Source of the DNA: Pseudomonadota bacterium
GTDB lineage: Bacteria; Myxococcota_A; UBA9042
Length of the DNA stretch: 40,992 bases
Assembly: GCA_005777155.1 (NCBI GenBank)
Contig: SXNM01000288.1
Coordinates: 1-40,992 of the forward strand
Direction of reading: 5' to 3'
Shown here piece by piece: positions 28,501 to 34,901 of this stretch (its first letter is position 1; every line of letters starts with the position of its first letter). Under the pieces are notes generated by a model. It made no database searches and was not told where the DNA came from. It saw nothing but the letters and a program-made list of their open reading frames with translations. The position numbers and the translations under genes were made by a program.

Positions 28501-29734
28501 TCACACCTGCTTCGACAACTTGACGGCGTTCGGCCTGTCCACGGCGGCGCCTGTCGACATCAACGGCGATGGCATTCACGACCTCGTGGCCGCGAACGGC
28601 CATGGCACGGCGTCCGCGCCGCGCTCGGTGCTCATCTTTCTCGGCGAGAAGGGCAAGCCGATCACCACGACGGCGGCGGTCACGATCTCCAACATCTCCC
28701 ACTCGTTGACCTATGGCGTCCGCGCGTTGACCTCGGCGGGCAACTTCAACGGCGACAAGACCTCGGGTGGCAAGCCGATCGGCGACATCGCCTTCACGAC
28801 CCGCCCAGCAGGCGCCGTGACCATCGACCGCGTCATGGTGGTTCCGGGCAACGCCGCGTGGTCGACCAGCGCACCCGTCACCATCGACATCAACGACGCA
28901 GCCGCGTTGGCGACCCACAACGTGCTCATCATCACGCAGCCGGCTGCGGCGGCGTCTGTCAGCTTTGGCTCCTTCCTGGCCGGTCCAGGCAACGTCCTGA
29001 CCGACGCCGGCGACGCCCAGTTCGATGACCTGGTGATTCGCCGTCCCTCGCCGACGGAGGGTCTGTTCGTGGTCAAGGGGCGAACCTGGACCGGCACGCA
29101 GACCCTGACGACCACGCCGACGCTCGATGGCTCGGGCTCTGCCGACGCGACGTCGATTCGCATCTTCGGGCCGCAGTACGGCACCAACCTCAGCGGCTTC
29201 GGCTTCGCCACCGACGTGTCGTTCGACGGCGACGCGATCCCGGACCTCGTCGCCACCGAGGCGGAGACGGGCAAGCCGACGGCGATTGTCTGGATGCGGG
29301 GCTCGCTGCTCAGCAAGGCGATTGGCACATCGGTCAACGTCAAGGGCACGCTGGTGGCGGGCTCGTCGGCGCCCCAGGTGTTCTCGCACGCCTTCGGCCA
29401 CGCGGTCGTCGACTATGGGCGCCTGACGTCCAGCGTCGGCGACTTCGGCGACCAGGGCGGCGGCGCCAAGGCGTTTGTCCACGGCTTGCCGTCGTGGACG
29501 CCGGGCGGACAGCTCACCGTCAGCGTCCGGCAGCCCGTGACGCGCGTCGACGGGTTGGTGAAGGACATCGCGTCATTCCACCACGCTGACTTGGTGATCG
29601 GAAATCCCTTCACCCCTGGCTTGGCGACCATGGGCAACGCGACGCTCAATGGCGTTGGCGACTTCAACGGCGATGGATTCCAAGACTTCGTGGTGGGCAC
29701 GAGCACCACCGGCTACCTGATCCTCGTCTACTGA
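22577..29734 (+). CDS. Giant (2385 aa) surface lipoprotein: tandem Ig-like/Big-type domains, fibronectin-III-like segment, C-terminal FG-GAP/VCBS (integrin-alpha-like) repeats
   Basis: Lipobox ..LALSVALSGC (Cys codon 22727-22729). Long Thr/Val/Ala/Gly-rich beta-type repeats, each ~90-100 aa (..TAKDALGNVS.., ..TSDLAGNPAT.., ..ATDSVGNESAP.., ..VTDANGNKT.., ..VADAAGNVGKA.., ..AVDAAGNAGA..). A small Cys-knot, CSVHSDCGTSICQTGKC, lies at about 25834-25910. C-terminal FG-GAP motifs GDLNGDGLGDFGFGG, VDINGDGIHDLVAANG, FDGDAIPDLVATE, GDFNGDGFQDFVVGTS. Confidence 0.85.
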   Translation: MMRSTIKSGLTTWLPASESHDSAQNQAKRISLRALPLLGLLLALSVALSGCGDDDPVNPGGADSAIDGGGDAGADGGIDGGGLQVDSTGPQAKLTFNIAHAKGNGLVDPVNAQILDLALDKYPGLTDPGFQVDVQINGINVPDGTEIDVQLDGKSVGKVTMTGGTAELAKVTLQCTASQSAISVLATVTGNQVSATKAAKLDCGDGCTAALVPVNGCVTEDADPATPGLQATFQVTSTTPDCTHAQLRVTDVSGKVQETPKVSLVAGKATVTATVAADTTGVVNETATVVGIVIDEAHAERPKGESDALAVPITTDAPSVAIVAPDKAQLTLADDADGKDANGVQVTIVGTATTMKPSDIEKLVVKVDGVEVGKTSMKLNGGFEFDLSFATSKTWEVTVEATNACGLSATGKRSYKVAASKAKLKISSPSSGAVLNAKNDTDLSTATVLETNFEVAIQGANDGDKVSVFCRPNQAGSPYPITPNGTATVTGGAATLSLPLSIDATAVGTSVVCVARDNGANPAESPEVALTVGLPPPCMTIKLPKEGFVTASATLPVGATATGLEGAVVEAKLALVDGATLIDTPIGKITGGAFTGALALTIGSPPLPIPHGTYVLSLNAADTFGNAVNTGNCSTLSRTIVVDRKPPLLALAIPTKQVLDPAGDADSDVVSPGYQTKVVFSVGGESDLTTSTVCASVNGFALPCQTITGNGQLTFSSVTLQPGANIIVATAKDALGNVSKDVIVNITLQSNAAMVKWIKPATSTFVATDSLQLEISVTDQALGVPVNGAAITLILNGKETPGVVFSASGNGLYSAKATGLALGPNTLQVTALPVGAATEGVSPQLTVTRKGASPTIALQGLTNGEIVNLAKASCIAGLTDCITNLNAVTTNAADGSTATLVVTCDLAAAVTATATVTGGVAGFSLITLPHGAKCTLQVSVIDEAAQQALGAPIAVSIDRVAPVFSVFSPLTTALLALSDANGNPADGVQVATNVSLSGLEKDRPIVLQVFNDGGTKAFEATSAMPSTATAGQAVSVNFGVVTYPAGKTIKLTITTSDLAGNPATFTATFVVVPDAAEVRLIGPTFVDPKSCSVHSDCGTSICQTGKCTIPWNKNTFRQFTVIGLGLLTGAKARICSDNGNVTGPSCATAGTKEIVAPTDFDGVQVALLAQTLNEGLHTLHAEVLPAGANAATASNWLTSIAASATGSKTRRILYDATPPVVAAVTAPAAAGVPAKCLARASQLSSDGFAPGGVFVFAATIANDDGQVAILTGGTKVGTASSVSKVASVQIQLATEGSTTLTAVATDSVGNESAPFNVGTFDVNTIPPIGAFAAPGKSTLIVGDSLDVRVTSQSTDVEAQPVTLKDGDKTIGSVAMTKGEALFSDSLYKTLTDGTHTLTAIVTDSCANPATIATSPALVTVDTSAPTASISGPTQGQTFGDANDAKADVSGYQIAATFTTGGGTSWTLDLGTDCDAAFANCAGFAGAGSGNVSNDGGAEPTQFVTIPFGKSKQYVLRLTVTDANGNKTVVDRGFIVELSGCLVGLTGLPASGIVNTSACATAGQNCASAKLTLTASFVGPCGTVSAVELRVDGALSASKAPTGSAAGFDLTVTGGTSPKVEAKVLEGATSKGTSGETTIKVDLTLPVVSFIAGTVLGVATPANTAPALAGKAKDADGAKNGHQAHLLLQVVDAGLTGGKLTSVKETVGNSDLSSSLGLPLTYAANGTVTTELKFVTAKEDANNTIEATVADAAGNVGKATLTLEVDWTSPGAVTLSDLKAADLNARRPFAKLSFKAPAEDGNSGGAAASYEVVYSRSAIASTTEFEAACKATSLPKSAVPTPGAPGADQVVVVEGPDGRAAAEACKFAPLTDNGVGKYHFAVRAVDAAGNAGAISNVVSTSDLRLRYAKITSATAPWNTATSFTNVVGVGDLNGDGLGDFGFGGNTNTNKFCVVYGHADSSLQVPEVNIAAASAATHTCFDNLTAFGLSTAAPVDINGDGIHDLVAANGHGTASAPRSVLIFLGEKGKPITTTAAVTISNISHSLTYGVRALTSAGNFNGDKTSGGKPIGDIAFTTRPAGAVTIDRVMVVPGNAAWSTSAPVTIDINDAAALATHNVLIITQPAAAASVSFGSFLAGPGNVLTDAGDAQFDDLVIRRPSPTEGLFVVKGRTWTGTQTLTTTPTLDGSGSADATSIRIFGPQYGTNLSGFGFATDVSFDGDAIPDLVATEAETGKPTAIVWMRGSLLSKAIGTSVNVKGTLVAGSSAPQVFSHAFGHAVVDYGRLTSSVGDFGDQGGGAKAFVHGLPSWTPGGQLTVSVRQPVTRVDGLVKDIASFHHADLVIGNPFTPGLATMGNATLNGVGDFNGDGFQDFVVGTSTTGYLILVY

Positions 29735-29756
29735 TCGACCTCTGCAGGAGAGCTCC

Positions 29757-29942
29757 ATGGCAAGCGAAAACCGTGACCGTGACGCAACAGTAGGAAACCT
29801 CAGCGGGGATCCTGCGGCGACGCCGTGGGTGGCACCGACCTTGGAGTCCAGCCCGCCGCGCGACTGGGCCGAGCTGCAGAGCTGCACCTTTGGGCCGGGC
29901 TGTGATCCAGAGAACGACCCACCGGGCGATGCCTGCGTGTAG
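29757..29942 (+). CDS. Small ORF (61 aa), candidate RiPP precursor peptide with a Cys/Asp/Pro-rich C-terminus
   Basis: MASENRDRDATVGNLSGDPAATPWVAPTLESSPPRDWAELQSCTFGPGCDPENDPPGDACV. AGGAGAG at 29746-29752 lies 6 nt (from GGAG) before ATG 29757. The ORF starts 22 nt after the giant gene's stop and ends 43 nt before the HPr-kinase-like gene. Third-position GC (~72% by my count) is lower than in neighbouring genes, so coding status is not certain. Confidence 0.5.
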   Translation: MASENRDRDATVGNLSGDPAATPWVAPTLESSPPRDWAELQSCTFGPGCDPENDPPGDACV

Positions 29943-29985
29943 GCAGACGGCGCCCAGGCTGGAGCGCAGGCGCTCGGTCCCGGGA

Positions 29986-30918
29986 ATGGTCAGTCCGATG
30001 GCAGAGGTAGGCCGACAGAGGAGTTGGGCCTTCGGCGACACTGGAGAAGGCCGGACCCTGATCCGTGGACTCTGGCACACTCCGACGAGCGCCTTCGAGA
30101 AGCGAATCGCGACCATGCGGGTGCTCGACGCGGTCGTGGCGTTCGACGCCCATGATGAACGCTTCGAACGCGCCCGTTGGCACGACGCCCCCGGTGACAC
30201 GCCCCCCTGCGTCGCCGAAGTGCGCATCACGGCCGGCCCTCGACCGGACTGGGCAGCTGGCGGCGAGGCTTGCGAGCGGCTCGATGGCGGCGGCTACCTC
30301 TTCCGGGCCCAAGGCGGGCGCTTGGAGTTGGCAGCGAGCGGTGAGTCGGCGCTGGCCGAGGTCTGGGATCCCGGCACCAAGTGGGACATCATCTTCCATC
30401 TCTGGCGCTTAGGCTGGCGCTGGCTCCTGCACGAATGCCAGCGGCGTGGCGCGCTGGAGCTGCACGCGGCGTCTTTCCTCGACGGCGACGGTGCGTGGAT
30501 CGTCGCCGGCGACTCCGGCGCTGGCAAGACCACCCTGTGTGGCCGGCTCGACCCTGAGGTCCTCCTCAACGAGGAGTTCGCGCTCGCTGCCCCGACTCGC
30601 GCCGGCGGCTACGAGGCCTGGTGGTTTCCTCACGCCCGTGCGCCGACCGAGCCCCGACCGCCGAGATCGCCGCTGCGAGGGATCGCCTATCTGACGCCGC
30701 GCCGCGATCGGACGGCGGCGCAGCGCCTGTCGCCTCCGGCGGCGCTGGCGTGGCTCTCGGCTCATGCGCTGGGCCCGCTCGATGCGTCGCCTGAGCGCTG
30801 GCTGGAGTCGGTGGCGACGATGGCACTGAACGTGCCGGTCATGGCGCTGGACCACCACCTCGGCAGCCCGGTCGCCGCCGTGGCTGCGGCCCTGCGCGCG
30901 GCGACGGAGGTCGAGTGA
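29986..30918 (+). CDS. HPr-kinase-like P-loop protein (HprK C-terminal-domain fold; probable peptide/protein kinase)
   Basis: ..LELHAASFLDGDGAWIVAGDSGAGKTTLCGRL.. matches the HprK C-domain P-loop pattern (h-h-h-GDSGxGKS/T); P-loop at 30508-30531. Start taken at ATG 29986 (alternative 29998), because track start 29890 would overlap the small ORF. Stop TGA 30916-30918 overlaps the next gene's GTG. Confidence 0.6.
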   Translation: MVSPMAEVGRQRSWAFGDTGEGRTLIRGLWHTPTSAFEKRIATMRVLDAVVAFDAHDERFERARWHDAPGDTPPCVAEVRITAGPRPDWAAGGEACERLDGGGYLFRAQGGRLELAASGESALAEVWDPGTKWDIIFHLWRLGWRWLLHECQRRGALELHAASFLDGDGAWIVAGDSGAGKTTLCGRLDPEVLLNEEFALAAPTRAGGYEAWWFPHARAPTEPRPPRSPLRGIAYLTPRRDRTAAQRLSPPAALAWLSAHALGPLDASPERWLESVATMALNVPVMALDHHLGSPVAAVAAALRAATEVE

Positions 30919-32096
30919 TCGAGATCGTCAACCCCATCGCCCAGGCCTGGCAGCGCTTGCTGACCGAGCAGGGCATTCCCATTCGGGCCCACCTCGATAT
31001 CACCTACCGCTGCGACCTCGACTGCGAGCACTGCTACCTCGACGACAAGGACGATCGCCGCGAGTTGGCGACCGAGGAGTGGCTGCGGGTCGTGGATGAG
31101 CTCGCCGACTGGGGCGTCCAGCGCCTCGGCTGGAGCGGCGGCGAGGTCTTCGCGCGCGCGGACTTCTTCACGCTGCTGGAGCACAGCGTCCGTCGCGGCT
31201 TCATCAACATCATCAAGACGCACGCTGGCAACATCGACCGCGACCTGGCGCTGCGCCTGCGTGCGCTCGACGTGCAGCGCATCGACATCAGCCTCTACTC
31301 GCTGTCGGCGCCAGTCCACGACGGCATCACGCGCATTCCTGGCTCCTTGAGCGCGACCTTGCGGGGAATCGCCGCGCTGCGCGCCGTGGGGCACATCGTC
31401 TCTGTGCAGGTGATGCCGTTTCGCGCCAATATGCTCGAGATTGAAGACATGATCGCCTTTCTGGAGGGCCTCGGCTGCGTGGCGTCGATCGCTCCTGGGC
31501 TCAAGGCCGACAACGGCGGTGGCTTGGCGGTGCTCGACCTCGACCTCAGCTACGAGGAGCGGATCGAGCTAGAGCGGATCCGGCTGCGCGTGGCGCTTCG
31601 GCAGGGCCACAAGGGCTGGCGGCCTGGGGTGGTGGCGGCCGAGGATCAGCCCTGCGAGATCGGCACCGGCAGGATCTACTTCGGCCCAGACGGCGCCATC
31701 TTCCCTTGCGTGACCTACCCGTCAGCCATCGGTCACGTGCGGTCGGGGCCGATCCGGGCGCAGTGGGACGCCTCGCCGCTGCGGCGCCAGTTGGCGGCCT
31801 GGACCAACGCCAAGCGCACCAGCTGCCTCTCTTGCGGCGCCTCGGCCGGCTGCGGCTACTGCGCCGGCGCTGCCTTCAAGGCGACAGGCGACCACGACGT
31901 CGCGCCGCCCTACTTCCACGAGCGCTCGCGCGCCAAGGCTGTCGCCTACGAGCTGGAGCGCGGCGTGGCGCTCGGCGACGCCTTCTGGGCTTCGGTGCCG
32001 ACCGGCGAGGCGCCCGTCGTGAAGCGGCGCGGCCAGTTTCCGATCTTTCGCGCGCAGAAGACCGGCAAGGCCGCGCTCGCCGCAGGTGAGCGCTGA
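30915..32096 (+). CDS. Radical SAM enzyme with C-terminal SPASM/Twitch-type auxiliary cluster domain
   Basis: CDLDCEHC (CX3CX2C, 31011-31034). SAM-binding GWSGGEVF. C-terminal Cys pattern C247-X12-G-X4-C265 (CEIGTGRIYFGPDGAIFPC), then C304-X2-C-X5-C-X2-C316 (CLSCGASAGCGYC), spanning 31653-31862. GTG start 30915 sits in a GTGA overlap with the upstream gene. Confidence 0.85.
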   Translation: MIEIVNPIAQAWQRLLTEQGIPIRAHLDITYRCDLDCEHCYLDDKDDRRELATEEWLRVVDELADWGVQRLGWSGGEVFARADFFTLLEHSVRRGFINIIKTHAGNIDRDLALRLRALDVQRIDISLYSLSAPVHDGITRIPGSLSATLRGIAALRAVGHIVSVQVMPFRANMLEIEDMIAFLEGLGCVASIAPGLKADNGGGLAVLDLDLSYEERIELERIRLRVALRQGHKGWRPGVVAAEDQPCEIGTGRIYFGPDGAIFPCVTYPSAIGHVRSGPIRAQWDASPLRRQLAAWTNAKRTSCLSCGASAGCGYCAGAAFKATGDHDVAPPYFHERSRAKAVAYELERGVALGDAFWASVPTGEAPVVKRRGQFPIFRAQKTGKAALAAGER

Positions 32097-32107
32097 GCGC
32101 CGAGCCG

Positions 32108-32521
32108 ATGGCGCGGCATGACCGCCGCCGTTGGCGTCTGCAGGGCGGCTCCATGCGTCCGCTCGGCCCGGGGTGGGAGGCAGAGGTCGACGCCAGCGAC
32201 ACCGGCAAGACCGCGCTCGCCGCCGGGGACCTCGTCTGCTATCTCGGGCTCGATGGGCGCGCGGTCGTGCACCGGCTCCACGCCCTGGAGGGCGGTTGGC
32301 TGCTGGTGCAGGGCGACACCGCAGGGCCCGAGCCGCCCCTGCCGCAGAGCGCCATCCTCGGGCGCGTGAGCGCTCTCTGGTGGCGGGGGCTGCGGCTGCC
32401 CTTGCCGACGCGCGGCCCCGCGGCGCCTCTCGTGCGTCGCAGCGGCCTGCTCTGGTCGGCGATTGCGCCAGTGATTCAGCGGGTATGGGGCCACGATGTA
32501 TGGAAGCGATCGAATGTTTGA
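32108..32521 (+). CDS. S24/S26-family serine peptidase (signal-peptidase-I/LexA-like fold) lacking an N-terminal membrane anchor
   Basis: ..LQGGSMRPLGPG.. (GxSMxP nucleophile motif, Ser15 codon 32150-32152). ..AAGDLVCYLG.., ..AVVHRLHAL.. (HR motif as in SipW/Sec11-type S26B), ..LLVQGDTAG.., ..AILGRV... An in-frame TGA at 32087-32089 shows the N-terminus cannot be longer. Starts 11 nt after the rSAM stop. Confidence 0.65.
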   Translation: MARHDRRRWRLQGGSMRPLGPGWEAEVDASDTGKTALAAGDLVCYLGLDGRAVVHRLHALEGGWLLVQGDTAGPEPPLPQSAILGRVSALWWRGLRLPLPTRGPAAPLVRRSGLLWSAIAPVIQRVWGHDVWKRSNV

Positions 32522-32594
32522 CAGCGAGGGCTTGCTGTGATCACGATCGGTTGCGGCTCGGGCAGGTCTCTGTCCCGTCCCGCAGGAGGCCGAC

Positions 32595-33530
32595 GTGGCT
32601 GTGACCCAATCCCTGATGGCGCGACGACGTCGCTCGGGCGTTGCCCTGGCGCTGGCGATTGGCGGCCTCGGTGGCTGTGGCGGCGCCCGACTGGAGACGC
32701 TCGAGACCGAGGTGAGCCGCCAGCGCGAAGAGCTGTCTGAGCTGCGCCGCAACCAGGCAGCGCAGCGCGTCCAGTTCGACGAGTTCCGCAATCGACTCGT
32801 TGTGTTGCAAGACAAGCTCGAGTCGGAGCGACTGGCAGCTCAGCGCGCGGCGCGGGCCATGGAGCCTCTGCCGCAGCTGCCGCATGTCGTCGTCGGCCGC
32901 GGGGATGGTGACGTCCGCGTCGATGGCAGCGACGGTGTCGCCGCTCCGCCGCCGGCCGCTGCGCCGCGCTCTGTGGTCATCGGCGCCGATGGTGTCGCTC
33001 GCGACGTTCGGCCCGGTGTCGGTGCGGACGCCGGGGAGGGTCGCTCGGGCGCTGCAGGTGCCACGTCGCCGCGCCGGCCGAAGGTCGCCGCTGCAGGGCC
33101 GAGTGACGCCGAGGCGGCGCGTCCGCCGCAGGAGGGCAACACAGCCGAGGAGGCGGCCGCGGCCTTGTACCGCGACGCCAAGTCCGTCCTCGACGCCGGT
33201 CGGCTCGACGAGGCCCGCGTCGGCTTTGAGCGCTTCTTGGAGCAGAACCCCGAGCATCCGCTGGCAGACAACGCGCTGTACTGGATCGGCGAGACTTGGT
33301 ACGCGAAGTCCCTCTGGCTCAAGGCGGCTCGGGTTTTTGGCGAGGTGGTGACGCGTTTCCCGCGCGGCAACAAGGTCCCGGACGCGATGCTGAAGACGGC
33401 CCTTTGCTACGACCGCTTGGGCGAGGTGCAACTCTCGCGCGAAGTGCTCGGCCAGCTCTCTCGGCTCTACCCGGCTTCCCCTGCCGGTGAGCAGGCGCGT
33501 GATCGGCTGCAGCGGGCGGAGGAGCGATGA
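32595..33530 (+). CDS. YbgF/CpoB-like lipoprotein (N-terminal coiled coil, C-terminal TPR)
   Basis: GTG 32595 is preceded by AGGAGG (32584-32589). Lipobox ..LAIGGLGGC. Coiled coil LETLETEVSRQREELSELRRNQAAQR... C-terminal YbgF-type TPR: ALYRDAKSVLDAGRLDEARVGFERFLEQNPEHPLADNALYWIGETWY..FGEVVTRFPRGNKVPDAMLKTALCYDRLG... No tol-pal genes are adjacent. Confidence 0.7.
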   Translation: MAVTQSLMARRRRSGVALALAIGGLGGCGGARLETLETEVSRQREELSELRRNQAAQRVQFDEFRNRLVVLQDKLESERLAAQRAARAMEPLPQLPHVVVGRGDGDVRVDGSDGVAAPPPAAAPRSVVIGADGVARDVRPGVGADAGEGRSGAAGATSPRRPKVAAAGPSDAEAARPPQEGNTAEEAAAALYRDAKSVLDAGRLDEARVGFERFLEQNPEHPLADNALYWIGETWYAKSLWLKAARVFGEVVTRFPRGNKVPDAMLKTALCYDRLGEVQLSREVLGQLSRLYPASPAGEQARDRLQRAEER

Positions 33531-34750
33531 CGACCACCGTCCCAACAGCGCGCGGACTCCAGCTCCGCGCGGTCGGCCGCAACGCCGTGGCGAAACTCAA
33601 GCAGACGTTGCTGCGTCGCATCGGCGCGCCCCTTGCGCTGCCCACGTTGGCGTTGGCTATGGCGCTGATGTCACCAGCGACCTCTCGCGGTCAGGTGCCC
33701 TGGATGGTGGAGAGCGAGGGTCCGACCATCAAGATGGAGGAGACCGCCACAACTGGCGAGCGCATCTACGTCGTGCAGCCAGGCGATACGCTGTGGAGCA
33801 TCGCTGAGGGGTTCTACGACGAGCCGTGGTACTGGCCGTCGCTGTGGTCGTACAACCCGCAGATCACAAACCCGCACCAGATCTATCCCGGCGACGTCGT
33901 GTACCTCAGCCGCCGGCGGGCGCCGATGACCAAGCAGAAGGCCATCACCTTCGCGGCGTCACGCTACGAGCGGCGGCGGCCGACGCCGGTGACGCTGGCG
34001 CGGCGCGTCGGCTACATCTCTGCCCGCGACTATCGCGAGAGCGGCGTCATCGAGGGTAGCCGCGAAGAGCGCGCGATGCTCGGCACGCTTGACGAGGTCT
34101 ACACGCGATTTGGCCTCAAGCGCTGCAGCGAGGTCGAGAAGGCCTCGGTCGCTGACGCCGCACGTGCCGACGCCGAGGGCAAGGGCGAAGACGTCGAAGT
34201 CGCTGGCCCCTGCGTGCGCGACGGCGATCGCTACGTCGTCTACCGGCTTGAGCGGCCCGTGGTGCACCCGAACACCGGCAAGACAGTGGGATATAAGATC
34301 AACTTCGTAGGCGAGGCCGAGGTGGTCAACACCAAGCGCAACATCGTCGGCATGGTCCTGACCAAATCGCACAGCGAGATTACCCGCGGCGATCTCATGA
34401 CCAACCTGTTCGAGCCGCTGACGAGCGTGACGCCTCGCACCAATGACCAGGAGGTGGTGGCGACCATCATCGACTTCCACCACGAGAGCGGCGCAGTCGG
34501 GCAGCACAGCTACATCTATCTCGACAAGGGCGCAGCGCACGGCGTCAAGCGCGGCAACCGCTTCGAGCTGGTGTGGCGCGGCGACGGCCTGCGCGGCACG
34601 GCTGTGCGCGACATCAAGGACTACCCGGACGAGCAGATCGGCATCGCGATGGTGGTGGAGGCCTATGACCAGCACTCGCTCGCCTACCTCTCGGCGTCGG
34701 TGCGCGAGATCGAGCGCGGCATGGTGGCGGTGATGCCGCCCGGCTTTTAG
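33527..34750 (+). CDS. LysM domain-containing (peptidoglycan-binding) protein
   Basis: ATGA overlap with the upstream gene (33527-33530), preceded by GGAGGAG. Signal-like N-terminus. LysM motif YVVQPGDTLWSIAEGFYDEPWYWPSLWSYNPQITNPHQIYPGDVVYL. Confidence 0.8.
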   Translation: MTTTVPTARGLQLRAVGRNAVAKLKQTLLRRIGAPLALPTLALAMALMSPATSRGQVPWMVESEGPTIKMEETATTGERIYVVQPGDTLWSIAEGFYDEPWYWPSLWSYNPQITNPHQIYPGDVVYLSRRRAPMTKQKAITFAASRYERRRPTPVTLARRVGYISARDYRESGVIEGSREERAMLGTLDEVYTRFGLKRCSEVEKASVADAARADAEGKGEDVEVAGPCVRDGDRYVVYRLERPVVHPNTGKTVGYKINFVGEAEVVNTKRNIVGMVLTKSHSEITRGDLMTNLFEPLTSVTPRTNDQEVVATIIDFHHESGAVGQHSYIYLDKGAAHGVKRGNRFELVWRGDGLRGTAVRDIKDYPDEQIGIAMVVEAYDQHSLAYLSASVREIERGMVAVMPPGF

Positions 34751-34901
34751 GCGCCGCCGCGCGGCCTGAGTCTTCAGCCCGCCCCGAACGGCTTGGCGGC
34801 GCCACCCATGGCCGCACCGTCTCGCGCCGCTGTCTCATGGCAGTGGCCTCGCCTAGGCGCCGCGGTTGAGTCACTGTGGCACCGCAGTCGCGGCGCTCGC
34901 C

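Noticed and set aside
25012-29482. Several long minus-strand ORFs (25012..26361, 25193..26116, 26171..26761, 26926..27699, 27980..29482, 28711..29349) antisense to the giant lipoprotein gene
   Set aside because: Their translations are Arg/Gly/Ala/Asp-rich or Ser/Pro/Thr-rich low-complexity strings with no motifs. They sit entirely inside a gene whose frame carries clear Ig-like and FG-GAP motifs and a lipobox. These are the open antisense frames typical of ~70% GC DNA.
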